DNA of 64,000 bases from assembly GCA_903911145.1 (NCBI GenBank), contig CAIWCD010000014.1, positions 124,001 through 188,000 of the forward strand, read 5' to 3'. Below are positions 38,207-48,538 of the stretch, piece after piece; the first letter of the stretch is position 1, and the number at the start of each line of letters is the position of its first letter. A program made the translations under genes and the position numbers. The notes under the pieces were generated by a model. It was not told the DNA's origin. It searched no databases and saw nothing but the letters and a program-made list of their open reading frames with translations. The DNA comes from an uncultured delta proteobacterium (lineage in GTDB: Bacteria; Myxococcota; Myxococcia; Myxococcales; 40CM-4-68-19).

Positions 38207-39541
38207 GTGAAGAGGATCGTCGTCATCGGCTCAGGGGCGCGAGAGCACGCGCTGGTGCGGGCGCTCGTGCGCGGAGCCGCGATGGGCGCGGCCCGGGAAG
38301 TGATCGCGATTCCGGGCAACCCGGGCATCGCTCGCGAAGCGCGCTGCGTGCCTTCCGCAAGCGACGTCGAATCGTTGTCAAAGGCAACCATTTCCCAGCG
38401 GCCCGATCTGGTGGTGGTCGGGCCGGAAGCACCCCTCGCGGCCGGCCTCGCTGATCGACTGCACGCGGCCGGCATTGTGGCCTTCGGCCCGACTGCTGCC
38501 GCTGCGCAGATCGAGGCGTCGAAGTCGTTCGCGAAGGACGTGATGCGCGCGGCCGGGGTGCCGACGCCGACGTGCGAGGCCTTCAGTGATCCGCAAGCGG
38601 CCCGCGACTGTGCGCGCAGGCTCGGTGCGTGCGTGGTGAAGCTCGATGGCCTCGCCGCAGGGAAGGGCGTGGTGGTCTGCGATGACGCCGAAGCGGCCGT
38701 GCATGCGGTCGATGAACTGCTGGCTCTCTGGCGCGCGACGAGCTCGTTGGCACGGGGCACGTCTGCCGTTGGCGACGGGCTGAAGATTCTCGTCGAGGAG
38801 AAGATCGCCGGGCCGGAGCTCTCGGTGATCGCGCTCTGCGACGGCGAGCGGATCCTCGTGCTCCCGCCTGCGCGTGATCACAAGCGGCTTCTCGAGGCGG
38901 ATCGCGGACCGAACACCGGAGGGATGGGAGCGGTGAGTCCTCCTCCAGACGCGACGCCGGCGCTGCTCGACGAGGTCGCGCGCACGATTTTCCTCCCGAC
39001 CATCCGCGAGCTGCACCGCCGCGGCACGCCCTTTCGCGGCGCGCTCTTTGCGGGGCTGATGCTCACGAAGAGCGGCTTGCGCGTGCTCGAGTTCAACTGC
39101 CGCCTTGGCGATCCCGAGGCGCAGGCGATCCTTCTGCGGCTTCGCGGCGACATTCTTCCGCTTCTCGAGGCCTGCGCGACGGGAACGCTCAGCGAGGTAC
39201 ACCAACTCGACGTCGATCCGCGAGTCGCTGTCGCGGTCGTGCTCGCAGCGCATGGCTATCCCGAGGCCCCACGCGCGGGCGATCCAATCTTTGGCCTGGA
39301 CCTCGCGCAGGGCGACGCTCTCGCGCTCTTTCACGCCGGCACGCGTGCGCAAACCCTTGCTGGTGGCGGCGGAGCGCACGATGCGATCGTCACGTCCGGC
39401 GGTCGGGTGCTCACTCTCTGCGCGCTCGGGCAGGATCTCGGCGACGCGCGCGCACGAGCCTACGCTGCTGCTGAGACGGTCACGTTCGCGGGCAGACAGC
39501 TCAGGCGCGACATCGGCGCGACCGGGATCCACGCTTCGTGA
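38207..39541 (+). CDS. purD: Phosphoribosylamine-glycine ligase
   Basis: GSGAREHAL, VGPEAPL, DGLAAGKGV, DHKR..GPNTGGMG, EFNCRLGDPE. Confidence 0.97.
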   Translation: MKRIVVIGSGAREHALVRALVRGAAMGAAREVIAIPGNPGIAREARCVPSASDVESLSKATISQRPDLVVVGPEAPLAAGLADRLHAAGIVAFGPTAAAAQIEASKSFAKDVMRAAGVPTPTCEAFSDPQAARDCARRLGACVVKLDGLAAGKGVVVCDDAEAAVHAVDELLALWRATSSLARGTSAVGDGLKILVEEKIAGPELSVIALCDGERILVLPPARDHKRLLEADRGPNTGGMGAVSPPPDATPALLDEVARTIFLPTIRELHRRGTPFRGALFAGLMLTKSGLRVLEFNCRLGDPEAQAILLRLRGDILPLLEACATGTLSEVHQLDVDPRVAVAVVLAAHGYPEAPRAGDPIFGLDLAQGDALALFHAGTRAQTLAGGGGAHDAIVTSGGRVLTLCALGQDLGDARARAYAAAETVTFAGRQLRRDIGATGIHAS

Positions 39542-40635
39542 AGCGCACGCTGCCGCAGCTTCCCGCGCTCGATCGGATGCTCCTCGCGGAGCTGACGCGA
39601 TTGTTCCTGGCCACGCTGGGCGCGGTCGTCCTGCTCTATCTGGTGATCGACTTCGCTGATCGCGGCACGATGTTCCACGGCGACGGCTGGCTGGTAGCGG
39701 TCGCTGAGTTGTATGCCGACAAGGCCGCGGTGGTCGCACTGCAGCTCGCTCCGGGCGCGCTGGTGATCGCCTCCGCGCTGCTGATTGCGCAGCTTGATCG
39801 ACGCGGCGAGCTGACGGCGCTGCTCTCGCTCGGCGTGCATCCTCTCCGCCTCTGCGCGCCGCTGGCGGTGTTCGCGCTGCTGCTCGGCGCGGGGATGATT
39901 GTCCTCGAGGAGAAGGTCGTCGTGTTCGCCGACGCGCGTGCTGAGGAGATCACGGCCGTGCAGTTCCACCGCTGGGGCGATTGGGGCCAGTGGCACGGCA
40001 AGCAGCGGTGGGTGCGGGGCAAGGAGGGGCGCTTTTTTCTGCTCGGAGAGCTGCGTGAGCGTGGCTTCGAGCCGGCGACGATCTTCGAGGTGGCCGAGCC
40101 ATTCCATCTCGCCAGGCGCATCGATGCTCGGCGACTGGAGCAGACCACGATGGGCCGCTGGCGCTTGCTGGGCGCGGTCGAGCGGCGATATGGCGCAGAG
40201 TCGATCGACGAGACGCGCACCGACGAGCTGCTCCTCGAACTTCCCGATCAGGTCGACGAACTTGCGCTGCGCTCTGGCCGACCACGGCAACTGCCGTGGG
40301 GCGATCTGCTCCAGCAGGCGAACCATCGCGCCGCTCTGGGCCAGCCCGACATCGAGTATCGGACGGCGGTGATCGAGCGCGCCGCACAGCCGCTGGTTCC
40401 TCTGCCGGCCGCGCTGGCTGCAGTCGGCCTGACCCTTCGCCGCCGTCGAGGGAAGGCCCGCCCACCACCGCTTGCCTCTGCGCTCGCGTCGTCGCTCGTC
40501 CTGGTGCTCGCGCTCTGGGCGCTCGCAGTCATCGCGCACGCAGCGGCGATCGGCGGCACCCTCGCGCCGACTCCCGCAGGCCTGATGCCACTGGCTGCAA
40601 GTGCGCTCCTGGCTGCGCTGCTGCTGCGCGAGTGA
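39538..40635 (+). CDS. LptF/LptG-family permease
   Basis: LDR.L, GELTALLSLGVHP, three TM plus beta-jellyroll region plus three TM. Confidence 0.82.
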   Translation: MKRTLPQLPALDRMLLAELTRLFLATLGAVVLLYLVIDFADRGTMFHGDGWLVAVAELYADKAAVVALQLAPGALVIASALLIAQLDRRGELTALLSLGVHPLRLCAPLAVFALLLGAGMIVLEEKVVVFADARAEEITAVQFHRWGDWGQWHGKQRWVRGKEGRFFLLGELRERGFEPATIFEVAEPFHLARRIDARRLEQTTMGRWRLLGAVERRYGAESIDETRTDELLLELPDQVDELALRSGRPRQLPWGDLLQQANHRAALGQPDIEYRTAVIERAAQPLVPLPAALAAVGLTLRRRRGKARPPPLASALASSLVLVLALWALAVIAHAAAIGGTLAPTPAGLMPLAASALLAALLLRE

Positions 40636-40729
40636 GCCACTCCCCCGCAAGCCTGCTTCCCATCACCGGCTCTTTCTGGCACAAGCTCGCGCGGCCGTGA
40701 GGGGTATGGCCAGACTGGAGCAATCGAAC

Positions 40730-41470
40730 ATGAAAGGCGTGATTCTCGCTGGAGGAACAGGCTCGCGCCTTTTCCCGCTGACCAAGGTGACCAACAAGCA
40801 CCTGCTGCCCGTTGGCCAGGAGCCGATGATCTTTCACCCGGTGAAGAAGCTGGTCGAGGCGGGGATCACCGAGATCCTCATCGTCACCGGCGTCGACCAC
40901 ATGGGCGACGTGGTCAACCTGCTTGGCTCGGGCAAGGAGTTCGCCTGCCGCTTCACCTACAAGGTGCAGGACGAAGCGGGCGGCATCGCGCAGGCGCTGG
41001 GCCTCGCCGAGAACTTCACGGGCAACGATCCGATCGCGGTCATTCTCGGCGACAACATCTTCGAGGATTCGCTCAAGCCGTTCGTCGAGAAGTTCGCCGC
41101 GCAGGGCAAGGGCGCGCGCCTCCTCCTCAAGCAGGTCCACGATCCGCAGCGCTACGGCGTCGCCGAAGTCGATGGTGGCCGCGTCACCAACATCGTCGAG
41201 AAGCCGAAGGAGCCGAAGAGCAACCTCGCGGTGGTCGGCGTCTACTTCTACGACGCGACAGTGTTCAACTCGATCCGCACGCTCAAGCCGAGCAAGCGCG
41301 GCGAGCTCGAGATCACCGACGTGAACAATTACTACCTGACGAGCGGTTCGCTGCAGTGGGACGAGCTGCGCGGCTGGTGGACCGATGCGGGCACCTTCGA
41401 GTCGCTGCGTGCGGCGAACGAGCTGGTGAGCGGACGCGCGAAGACGGCGATCGAAGCGGAGCGCATGTGA
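40730..41470 (+). CDS. rmlA: Glucose-1-phosphate thymidylyltransferase (short form)
   Basis: MKGVILAGGTGSRLFPLT, LGDNIF, VEKP, RGELEITD, WTDAGT. Confidence 0.88.
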   Translation: MKGVILAGGTGSRLFPLTKVTNKHLLPVGQEPMIFHPVKKLVEAGITEILIVTGVDHMGDVVNLLGSGKEFACRFTYKVQDEAGGIAQALGLAENFTGNDPIAVILGDNIFEDSLKPFVEKFAAQGKGARLLLKQVHDPQRYGVAEVDGGRVTNIVEKPKEPKSNLAVVGVYFYDATVFNSIRTLKPSKRGELEITDVNNYYLTSGSLQWDELRGWWTDAGTFESLRAANELVSGRAKTAIEAERM

Positions 41471-42492
41471 GCCGGCCCATCCGCTGCGTTCTCGTTACGG
41501 GCGGCGCAGGCTTCATCGGCGGCAACCTCGTGCGGCTGCTGCTGCGCGAGCGGCCCGACTGGACGATCATCAATCTCGACAAGCTCACCTATGCGGGCAA
41601 CCTCGAGTCGCTCGTCGATCTCAAGGACAACCCACGGCACCAGTTCGTTCGCGGCGACATCGCCAACGCCGAGCTCGTCGAGCACCTCATCTCGACCCAC
41701 AAGGTCGACGCGATCCTCAACCTCGCCGCCGAGAGCCACGTCGATCGCTCCATTCTTGGGCCGGGCATATTCGTGGAGACGAATGTCGCCGGCACGCAGG
41801 TTCTCCTCGACGAGGCGCGGCGGGCGAACGTGCGCTTCGTCCAGGTGAGCACCGACGAGGTCTACGGCTCACTCGGCCCGACGGGGAAGTTCACCGAGCT
41901 CTCTCCTCTCGAGCCGAGCTCGCCCTATTCGGCGTCGAAGACTGCGGCCGATCTCATCGCGCTCAGCTACCGGCGCACGTTCGGCCTCGATGTCGTGGTC
42001 ACGCGCTGCTCGAACAACTACGGGCCGTACCAGTTTCCCGAGAAGCTCATTCCGCTGATGATCGCGAATGCGCTCGAGAGCAAGAAGCTTCCCGTCTATG
42101 GCGACGGACAGCAGATCCGCGACTGGATTCACGTCGACGATCACGCGCGCGGAATCCTCGCGGCGCTCGAGAAGGGCAAGAGCGGCGAGGTCTACAACTT
42201 CGGGTCGGAGAATGAGCATCCGAATCTCTTCATCGTGCGCGAACTCCTCAAGCTGCTCTCGCGTGGCGACGATCTCATCGAGTACGTGAAGGACCGGCCC
42301 GGGCACGATCGTCGCTACGCGATCGATGCGAGCAAGGCGCGCCGCGAGTTGGAGTGGGCCCCGCAAGTTCCCTTCGCTCAAGGGCTGTCGCGCACGGTCG
42401 ACTGGTATCGCGAGAATCGCGGCTGGTGGGAGCGCGTTCGCTCGGGCGTCTACCGCAACTACTACGCGCAGAACTACGGGGCACGCGGATGA
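41467..42492 (+). CDS. rmlB: dTDP-glucose 4,6-dehydratase
   Basis: TGGAGFIG, DKLTYAGN, AAESHVDRS, STDEVYG, YSASK, DRPGHDRRY. Confidence 0.97.
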   Translation: MSRPIRCVLVTGGAGFIGGNLVRLLLRERPDWTIINLDKLTYAGNLESLVDLKDNPRHQFVRGDIANAELVEHLISTHKVDAILNLAAESHVDRSILGPGIFVETNVAGTQVLLDEARRANVRFVQVSTDEVYGSLGPTGKFTELSPLEPSSPYSASKTAADLIALSYRRTFGLDVVVTRCSNNYGPYQFPEKLIPLMIANALESKKLPVYGDGQQIRDWIHVDDHARGILAALEKGKSGEVYNFGSENEHPNLFIVRELLKLLSRGDDLIEYVKDRPGHDRRYAIDASKARRELEWAPQVPFAQGLSRTVDWYRENRGWWERVRSGVYRNYYAQNYGARG

Positions 42493-43427
42493 GTGCAGCA
42501 CCCGTCGTCGTGGTCGGCGCGAATGGCCTGGTCGGAAGCCGGCTCGTGGCGCGGCTCGCTGCTCGGCAGAGTGTGATCGCGGTCGCTCGCGGAGCTGCGC
42601 GCGCCGAGATGCAGATGCTGCTCGCGGCACAGGCTCAGAGCGGTCGCGCGACGCTTGAGTATGAAGATCTCGATCTGACGCTCGACGGCGCGCTCAAGGA
42701 TCTGATCTCGACGCGGCGCCCTTCGGCGGTCGTCTTCGCGGCGGCGATGACTGACGTCGACGCCTGCGAGCGGGACGTGCCGCTCGCCTGGCAACTGAAC
42801 GTGCGCGCTGTCGAAGAGGCCGCGCTCGGCTGCCGCGAAGTGGGCGCGCGCTTCGTCTCGCTCTCGACCGACTACGTCTTCGACGGCCTCGCCGGTCCCT
42901 ACTCGGAAGACGACGTACCGCAACCGCGCGGCGTCTACGCGCGCACGAAGCGAGCGGGCGAAGAGGCTGCGCTGCTGCTCGCTCCCGACTGCGCTGTCTG
43001 CCGCGTCGCCGTGATCTTCAGTGGGCGCGCGGGAGCGAAGAAGACGTTCGCGGTCGGTGTGGCGGAGGCGCTGCGGGCGGGGCGCGAAGTCAAAGCGTTC
43101 CACGATCAGTTCGTCTCGCCGACGCTCGCGGACAACGCCGCCGAACTCTGCATCACCGTGCTCGACAGTCGCGCGCAGGGGATCTTCCACTGCAGCGGCG
43201 CGGAGGTCGTCTCGCGCGTCGAGTTCTGCCATCGCCTCGCGCGCAGGCTGGGCGCGGACGAGAAGCTCGTCATCCCCGTTGCACTCGCAGACCTGAAGCT
43301 CCCGGCGCCGCGTCCGCTGCGCTGCGGCCTGTTGGTCGAGAAGGTCCGCGCGCTCGGCGGCCAGGCGCTGAACCTCGACGCCGCGCTCGAGCGCTTTCTG
43401 TCCGAGCAGGCCGGGACCGCAGCGTGA
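42489..43427 (+). CDS. rmlD: dTDP-4-dehydrorhamnose reductase
   Basis: GANGLVG, AAMTDVDACE, STDYVFDG, YARTK, DQFVSPT, APRP. Confidence 0.88.
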   Translation: MSAAPVVVVGANGLVGSRLVARLAARQSVIAVARGAARAEMQMLLAAQAQSGRATLEYEDLDLTLDGALKDLISTRRPSAVVFAAAMTDVDACERDVPLAWQLNVRAVEEAALGCREVGARFVSLSTDYVFDGLAGPYSEDDVPQPRGVYARTKRAGEEAALLLAPDCAVCRVAVIFSGRAGAKKTFAVGVAEALRAGREVKAFHDQFVSPTLADNAAELCITVLDSRAQGIFHCSGAEVVSRVEFCHRLARRLGADEKLVIPVALADLKLPAPRPLRCGLLVEKVRALGGQALNLDAALERFLSEQAGTAA

Positions 43428-44341
43428 GTGCGGGAGCACCATTGGCTCCTCTGGCAGCGCCGGAATCGTCAAGTGGCGCTGCGCCGATCGGCCCCGACGA
43501 ACTGGCGAGCCTTGGCCCCACGTCGCGCCGACGCCGCCGCGGTTCGCTCGCGGATCTCTTCGCCTTCCGCAATCTCATCGGCGTGCTGGTCGTGCGCGAA
43601 CTGAAAGTCCGTTACAAGCGCTCGGTCCTCGGTCTCCTCTGGACGATGCTCAATCCGCTCCTGCTGATGGTCGTCTACACGATCGTCTTCACCACCATCA
43701 TGCCGTCGCAGGTTCCCCACTTCTCCATCTGGCTGCTCGCGGGACTGCTGCCCTGGATCTTCGTCTCGACCGCGCTGATGCAGGGCTTGACCTCGGTGCT
43801 GACGAACCAGGATCTCATTCGCAAAGTGCGTCTGCCACAGGCCGTGTTTCCGCTTTCCGTGGTTGGCTCGAACCTGGTGAACTTCACGCTCTCGCTGGTG
43901 CCGCTTCTGCTCGTGATGCTGGTGCTCGGCCACCCGCTCACGCCCGCGCTCTGCTTTCTTCCGGTGTCGATGCTCATCCTCACCGTCTTCGCGAGCGGCA
44001 TCACGCTGGCGTTTGCGTCGGCGACCGTCTTCTTTCGCGACGTGCGTCACCTGACCGAAGTGCTCCTGCAAGTGCTCTTCTATCTGTCGCCCGTGCTCTA
44101 CGACGTCGCGCAGATCAATGCGGGCAGCGCGCGCACAGCGTGGTGGCGGCCGATCTTCCTGCGCGAGTTGGCGTTCAATCCTTTCAGCTATCTGATGCCT
44201 CTGGTGCGCGATCCGGTCTATGCGGGCGTTGTTCCTCCGCTGCAGACAATCGCGATCGCAGCGCTCTGCGCGATCGCGGCGCTCGGCATCGGCTTCGCGC
44301 TCTTCACGCGCCTCGAACCGCGCCACATCCATCATTTCTGA
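43424..44341 (+). CDS. wzm: ABC polysaccharide exporter permease
   Basis: RELKVRYKRSVLGLLWTMLNP, FRDVRHL, LSPVLY, NP motif. Confidence 0.92.
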   Translation: MSAGAPLAPLAAPESSSGAAPIGPDELASLGPTSRRRRRGSLADLFAFRNLIGVLVVRELKVRYKRSVLGLLWTMLNPLLLMVVYTIVFTTIMPSQVPHFSIWLLAGLLPWIFVSTALMQGLTSVLTNQDLIRKVRLPQAVFPLSVVGSNLVNFTLSLVPLLLVMLVLGHPLTPALCFLPVSMLILTVFASGITLAFASATVFFRDVRHLTEVLLQVLFYLSPVLYDVAQINAGSARTAWWRPIFLRELAFNPFSYLMPLVRDPVYAGVVPPLQTIAIAALCAIAALGIGFALFTRLEPRHIHHF

Positions 44342-44350
44342 GAGCGACAC

Positions 44351-45121
44351 ATGCGTCCCGGCCAGATCGACATTCGCGAACTTGGCGTCGCCTTCCGCCT
44401 CTATCGCGAGAAGGTCTCGACGTTGAAGGAGGCGTTCGCGAATCGCTTCCGGCATCTGCGCACGGCCGAGACGTTCTGGGCGCTGCGCCACATCACGCTC
44501 TCGATCGCGCCGGGCGAAGCGATCGCGCTGGTCGGCCACAACGGCTCGGGCAAGAGCACGCTGCTCAAGAGCATCGTCGGCGTGCTGCAGCCGACGGAGG
44601 GGGAGATCGACGTCTGCGGCCGCATCTCGCCGATGATCGAACTCGGCGCCGGCTTCGACAGCGAGCTCACGGGGCGCGACAACGTCTATCTCAACGGCGC
44701 GCTGCTCGGCTTCTCGCGCAAGCAGATGGAGACGAAGTTCGATCGCATCGTCAGCTTCAGCGAACTCGGCGACTTCATCGACATGCCGGTGAAGAACTAT
44801 TCGTCCGGCATGTACGCGCGCCTCGGCTTCGCCATCGCGCAGGATGTCGAGCCGGAGATCCTCATCGTCGACGAAATTCTCGCCGTCGGTGACGAGCGGT
44901 TTCAGGAGAAATGCAGAAAGCGCATCCTCGACTTTCGTGCTGCGGGCGTGACGTTCGTGTTCGTTTCACACTCGTTCGAATCGGCGGCCGCGCTCTGTCC
45001 TCGCGCTGCCGTGCTGCACCACGGTCGACTCGCGTGCGATGGGCCGATCGAGGCTGCGTGGGAGCGGTATCGCGAACTCGAGCGCGGGCCACAACCCGGG
45101 CCCGTCGTCGTGTCTGCTTGA
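44351..45121 (+). CDS. wzt: ABC polysaccharide exporter ATPase (no C-terminal carbohydrate-binding domain)
   Basis: [33 protein letters not shown]; 256 aa. Confidence 0.93.
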   Translation: MRPGQIDIRELGVAFRLYREKVSTLKEAFANRFRHLRTAETFWALRHITLSIAPGEAIALVGHNGSGKSTLLKSIVGVLQPTEGEIDVCGRISPMIELGAGFDSELTGRDNVYLNGALLGFSRKQMETKFDRIVSFSELGDFIDMPVKNYSSGMYARLGFAIAQDVEPEILIVDEILAVGDERFQEKCRKRILDFRAAGVTFVFVSHSFESAAALCPRAAVLHHGRLACDGPIEAAWERYRELERGPQPGPVVVSA

Positions 45122-45142
45122 ACTGCGGCGCAGGAGAGAGCG

Positions 45143-46477
45143 ATGCGAATCCTCTGGCACTGTGAAGATCGCGCGGGGCCTGCGATGGCCGGGCCCGCCA
45201 TCCGTGCGGTCGAGCTCGCGGCTCGTCTGGCGGCGAAGCACGAGGTGACGCTGGCCTGTCCGGGGGCGAGCGACCTTCCAGCCGCGCTGCGTGAGGCCCG
45301 CGGTGCGGGCTCTGCAGGGCGATCGTTTGCAGTGCGTGAACTCGAGGAAGGCGCGAGCGTGCGTGCGCTGCTCGAGGAGTTGCAGGCCGATGTGCTCGTC
45401 GCGCAGGGCTTCGGATTTCCCGCGCGCGATCTGCTGTCGCTCCCGTCGGACGTGCGCCTCGTTCTCGACCTCTACGATCCGGTGCTGCTCGAGTTGCTCG
45501 CCCGCGCGGGATCGGCTCCCGATGCGCAGACGCGCCTGCATCTGCTCGCGGTTCGCGCGCGCCTGCTCTTCCTCCTCGCGCGCGCCGATCACATTCTCTG
45601 CGCGTCGCAGCGGCAGCGCGCGTTCTGGCTCGGCTGGCTCGGCGCGGTGGCTCGACTCACTCCGGAATCGCTCGCGCAGGATCCCGCGGCGCACGCATTG
45701 CTCGCGGTTGTCCCGTTCGGAATCGAGGAGCGCGCGTGCATTCCCGACCTCGGTGCACTTCCAGCGAAGCAGCTGCGGGCCGCTGCTGGCGCGGCCGAGC
45801 ACGTCGTTCTCTGGTGGGGCGGTCTCTGGGATTGGATGGATCCGTGCACGGCGGTGCAGGCGATCGCGCGCCTGCGCGGCGAGGGAATGAGCGTTGCGCT
45901 CGTCCTCCCCGCGGGCAATCGTCCTGGCGCCGCGCCGATGCAGGCTGCGCAGCTTGCGGAGGACGAGGCGCGCCGTCTTTCGCTCTGGCAACGCGGCGTC
46001 GATCGCCTCCCCGAATGGATCCCGTATGCGCAGCGCGGTCCGCTGCTCGCGTCGGCGTCGATCGCCGTGAGTTGCCACTCGCCTTCGCTCGAGGCGGAGT
46101 TGGCGTTTCGCACGCGGCTGCTCGACTGCGTCTGGGCGCGGCTTCCGGTCATCGCGACCGCTGGCGATGAACTCTCCGCGCGCGCAGAGCGTGAAGGGTG
46201 GGGCGCTGCCGTGGCTCCTCATGATCCAGCCGCGCTCGCCGATGCGCTCCAGCGGTTGCTCGAGGGAAACTCCAATCGTTCTGCTCGCGCGGCCGCAGCG
46301 AATGCCTCTGCGCACTACGCGTGGGATCTCTCTGCGGCTCCTCTCCTTGCGCTGCTCGACGCACCTGCTCCCGCGCGCCCCGCCGCATCGGGCGCGCTCA
46401 TGCCGGAGCTTCACGGTGCGCAACTCGGAGAGCTTGCAGGCGTGGCGCTCGGCAAGCTCTGGCGCGCTTTGCGATAG
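45143..46477 (+). CDS. GT-B (family 4-like) glycosyltransferase
   Basis: MAGPAIR, DLYDP, CASQRQR.FW.G, WWGGLWDWMDP, FRTRLLD...LPVI. Confidence 0.78.
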   Translation: MRILWHCEDRAGPAMAGPAIRAVELAARLAAKHEVTLACPGASDLPAALREARGAGSAGRSFAVRELEEGASVRALLEELQADVLVAQGFGFPARDLLSLPSDVRLVLDLYDPVLLELLARAGSAPDAQTRLHLLAVRARLLFLLARADHILCASQRQRAFWLGWLGAVARLTPESLAQDPAAHALLAVVPFGIEERACIPDLGALPAKQLRAAAGAAEHVVLWWGGLWDWMDPCTAVQAIARLRGEGMSVALVLPAGNRPGAAPMQAAQLAEDEARRLSLWQRGVDRLPEWIPYAQRGPLLASASIAVSCHSPSLEAELAFRTRLLDCVWARLPVIATAGDELSARAEREGWGAAVAPHDPAALADALQRLLEGNSNRSARAAAANASAHYAWDLSAAPLLALLDAPAPARPAASGALMPELHGAQLGELAGVALGKLWRALR

Positions 46478-46542
46478 CGCGCGCGGGTCGCACAACTCTC
46501 CGCGTATTTCTGTTTGCGCATTTGCGGCTAGAGTGCGCGCCC

Positions 46543-47484
46543 GTGCCAGAGCCTCTGATTTCTCCCGACGCAGCAGAGACGCAAAAGCCCTCGCGCGGTG
46601 GCGTGATCGGTGCGCTCGTGCGGGCGATGCGTCCGCGCCAGTGGGCGAAGAACGTCTTCGTCTTCGCGGGCCTCGTCTTCGCGGGAAAGCTCTTCGATAG
46701 CTCCGCGCTCCTCGACTCGCTCGCGGCCTTCGCATCGTTCTCGGCCGCTGCCAGCGCGGTCTATCTCGTCAACGACGTCGCCGATCGCAAGGCCGACGCG
46801 CACCATCCCGAGAAGCGCCATCGCCCGATCGCAGCGGGTCAACTTCCGGTCTGGCTCGCGCTCTCTGCAGCGGCGGTTCTCTGCCTCGGCGGCCTGCTTA
46901 CCGCGCGCGCACTCTCGCTCTCCACGCTCGCCACGCTCGGCATCTATCTCGCGCTGCAAGTCGCCTACAGCCTCGCGCTCAAGCGCGTCTTCCTCGTCGA
47001 TTCATTCGTCGTCGCCATCGGCTTCGTGCTGCGGGCCGCGATGGGCGCGGAGGCGGTGCGCGCAGAGATCTCGCCGTGGCTGCTCGTCTGCTCGTTCCTG
47101 CTCGCGCTCTTTCTCGTGCTCGGCAAGCGGCGGCGCGAGGTGGAGCTGCTCGGCGCGGGCGCAGGAGATCACCGCCCGGTGCTCGCGGGCTACAACGCGC
47201 CGCTCGTCGATGGATGGCTCACCGCGCTCTCGGGCGCGACCATCGTGGCCTTCGCGCTCTACACGCAGTCGCCGCGCACGGTGGAACATTTCGGCACGAC
47301 CGCGCTCGTCTACACGGTCCCGTTCGTCGTCTACGCGCTCTTCCGCTACCAGGCGATGATCGTCAGCGGCGGCGGCGGCGATCCGACCGCGGCCGTGCTG
47401 CGCGACAAGGGCATCCTCGTCGCCGTGGCCGCGTGGGCGCTGACGGCCTGCGCGATCATCTACGGGCCGGCCTGGATGAAGTAG
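46543..47484 (+). CDS. UbiA-family decaprenyl-phosphate phosphoribosyltransferase-like protein
   Basis: MRPRQWAKN, YLVNDVAD..D..HPEKRHRPIAAG, YSLALK, GFVLRA, GKRRRE. Confidence 0.87.
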   Translation: MPEPLISPDAAETQKPSRGGVIGALVRAMRPRQWAKNVFVFAGLVFAGKLFDSSALLDSLAAFASFSAAASAVYLVNDVADRKADAHHPEKRHRPIAAGQLPVWLALSAAAVLCLGGLLTARALSLSTLATLGIYLALQVAYSLALKRVFLVDSFVVAIGFVLRAAMGAEAVRAEISPWLLVCSFLLALFLVLGKRRREVELLGAGAGDHRPVLAGYNAPLVDGWLTALSGATIVAFALYTQSPRTVEHFGTTALVYTVPFVVYALFRYQAMIVSGGGGDPTAAVLRDKGILVAVAAWALTACAIIYGPAWMK

Positions 47485-47561
47485 TCGGTACTCAAAGCAT
47501 CTCGCGCGGACCGCGCTGGGAGCGGGTCTGCGAGATGCTGATGCATGCGCCCCCGCTTGGG

Positions 47562-48467
47562 CTATGCCTGAACCTTGCGCGCAATCCGCGCCTTGTTGTC
47601 GAGCTTGTACCCCTCAGGCAGCGCTGCCTCGACCTTGGGCGCAAAGCCCTTCACGTCCCAGCCCGCGTCGGCGAGATGCCCAGCGAGCGCCTCGGTGGTG
47701 CGCGCGTTCTTCTGCTCGTGCGCGCGAACCAGCGCGAGAATCAGCGGCTCCCGCCCCGCAACTGCCGCGGCTTCGATCGCTGCCTGCTCGACGGAATCAG
47801 GCTTCGCTGAATTCGCGAGCGCGCTCCCGTCTGCGCCTGGCGCGGCTTTCCCGCTCGCTGCCGGATCTGCATCGGCGTTCGCTGCCGCCGCTGCCTCTCC
47901 CTTGCGCGCAGCCGGATGGGCCTGCGCCGCGATCGCCTGCGCCGCCGCGATGACGACGTCGTCATCCATGTCCTCGAGGAACGGAAGTGCCGCCGAGACC
48001 GCCTCGCCGCTGCGGTGATGCGCGAGCGCGTGGAGCAGCAGCACTTTCTTCTCGGGCACGCGCGCGTACTCGACGGCCGCTTTTTTCAGCGTCTCGATGA
48101 GCACATTCACGACTTCAAACTCGGGAACCAGATCGGCGAGCGCCTGCAGCGGCCAGCTGATCTCGTCGCGCGTGGCGATGAACTTCTTGAGCGCCGGCAG
48201 CGCGGCCTCGTCGGCGTCGACGATGAGATCGAGTGCGCGATGCTTCTCTTCGTCATCCGTGATTCCCGGATCGACGCGGATGGTGAAGCGCATCAGCAGC
48301 GCCTCGACCGCAGCGGTGCTCTTCATCTCGCCGAGTTCTTCGATCGCGCCCTGGCGATTCTCCGGCGGCCCGAACTTCTCGAGCACCTTCTTCTGCATCT
48401 TGGCGATGGCGCGCACGTCGCGCTCTTCCTTGGTACCGCCGATGCCGAGCATGTCGAAGAGGCCCAT
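47562..48467 (-). CDS. HEAT-repeat protein
   Basis: Helical repeats such as RQGAIEELG, LPFLEDMDDDVVIAAAQAI; co-oriented downstream of dnaJ-like gene. Confidence 0.75.
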   Translation of the reverse strand: MGLFDMLGIGGTKEERDVRAIAKMQKKVLEKFGPPENRQGAIEELGEMKSTAAVEALLMRFTIRVDPGITDDEEKHRALDLIVDADEAALPALKKFIATRDEISWPLQALADLVPEFEVVNVLIETLKKAAVEYARVPEKKVLLLHALAHHRSGEAVSAALPFLEDMDDDVVIAAAQAIAAQAHPAARKGEAAAAANADADPAASGKAAPGADGSALANSAKPDSVEQAAIEAAAVAGREPLILALVRAHEQKNARTTEALAGHLADAGWDVKGFAPKVEAALPEGYKLDNKARIARKVQA

Positions 48468-48538
48468 GTGCCGATGCTCCTCTGAAAATCGTGGCCGCGC
48501 CTATGCGCGCAGTTCTTGAACGAAGGGGCGGCGATCTA

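Noticed and set aside
40677..40692. Sigma54 promoter (TGGCAC) upstream of rmlA
   Set aside because: The GC dinucleotides lie 9 or 11 nt from the GG rather than the required 10, and TTGC is absent
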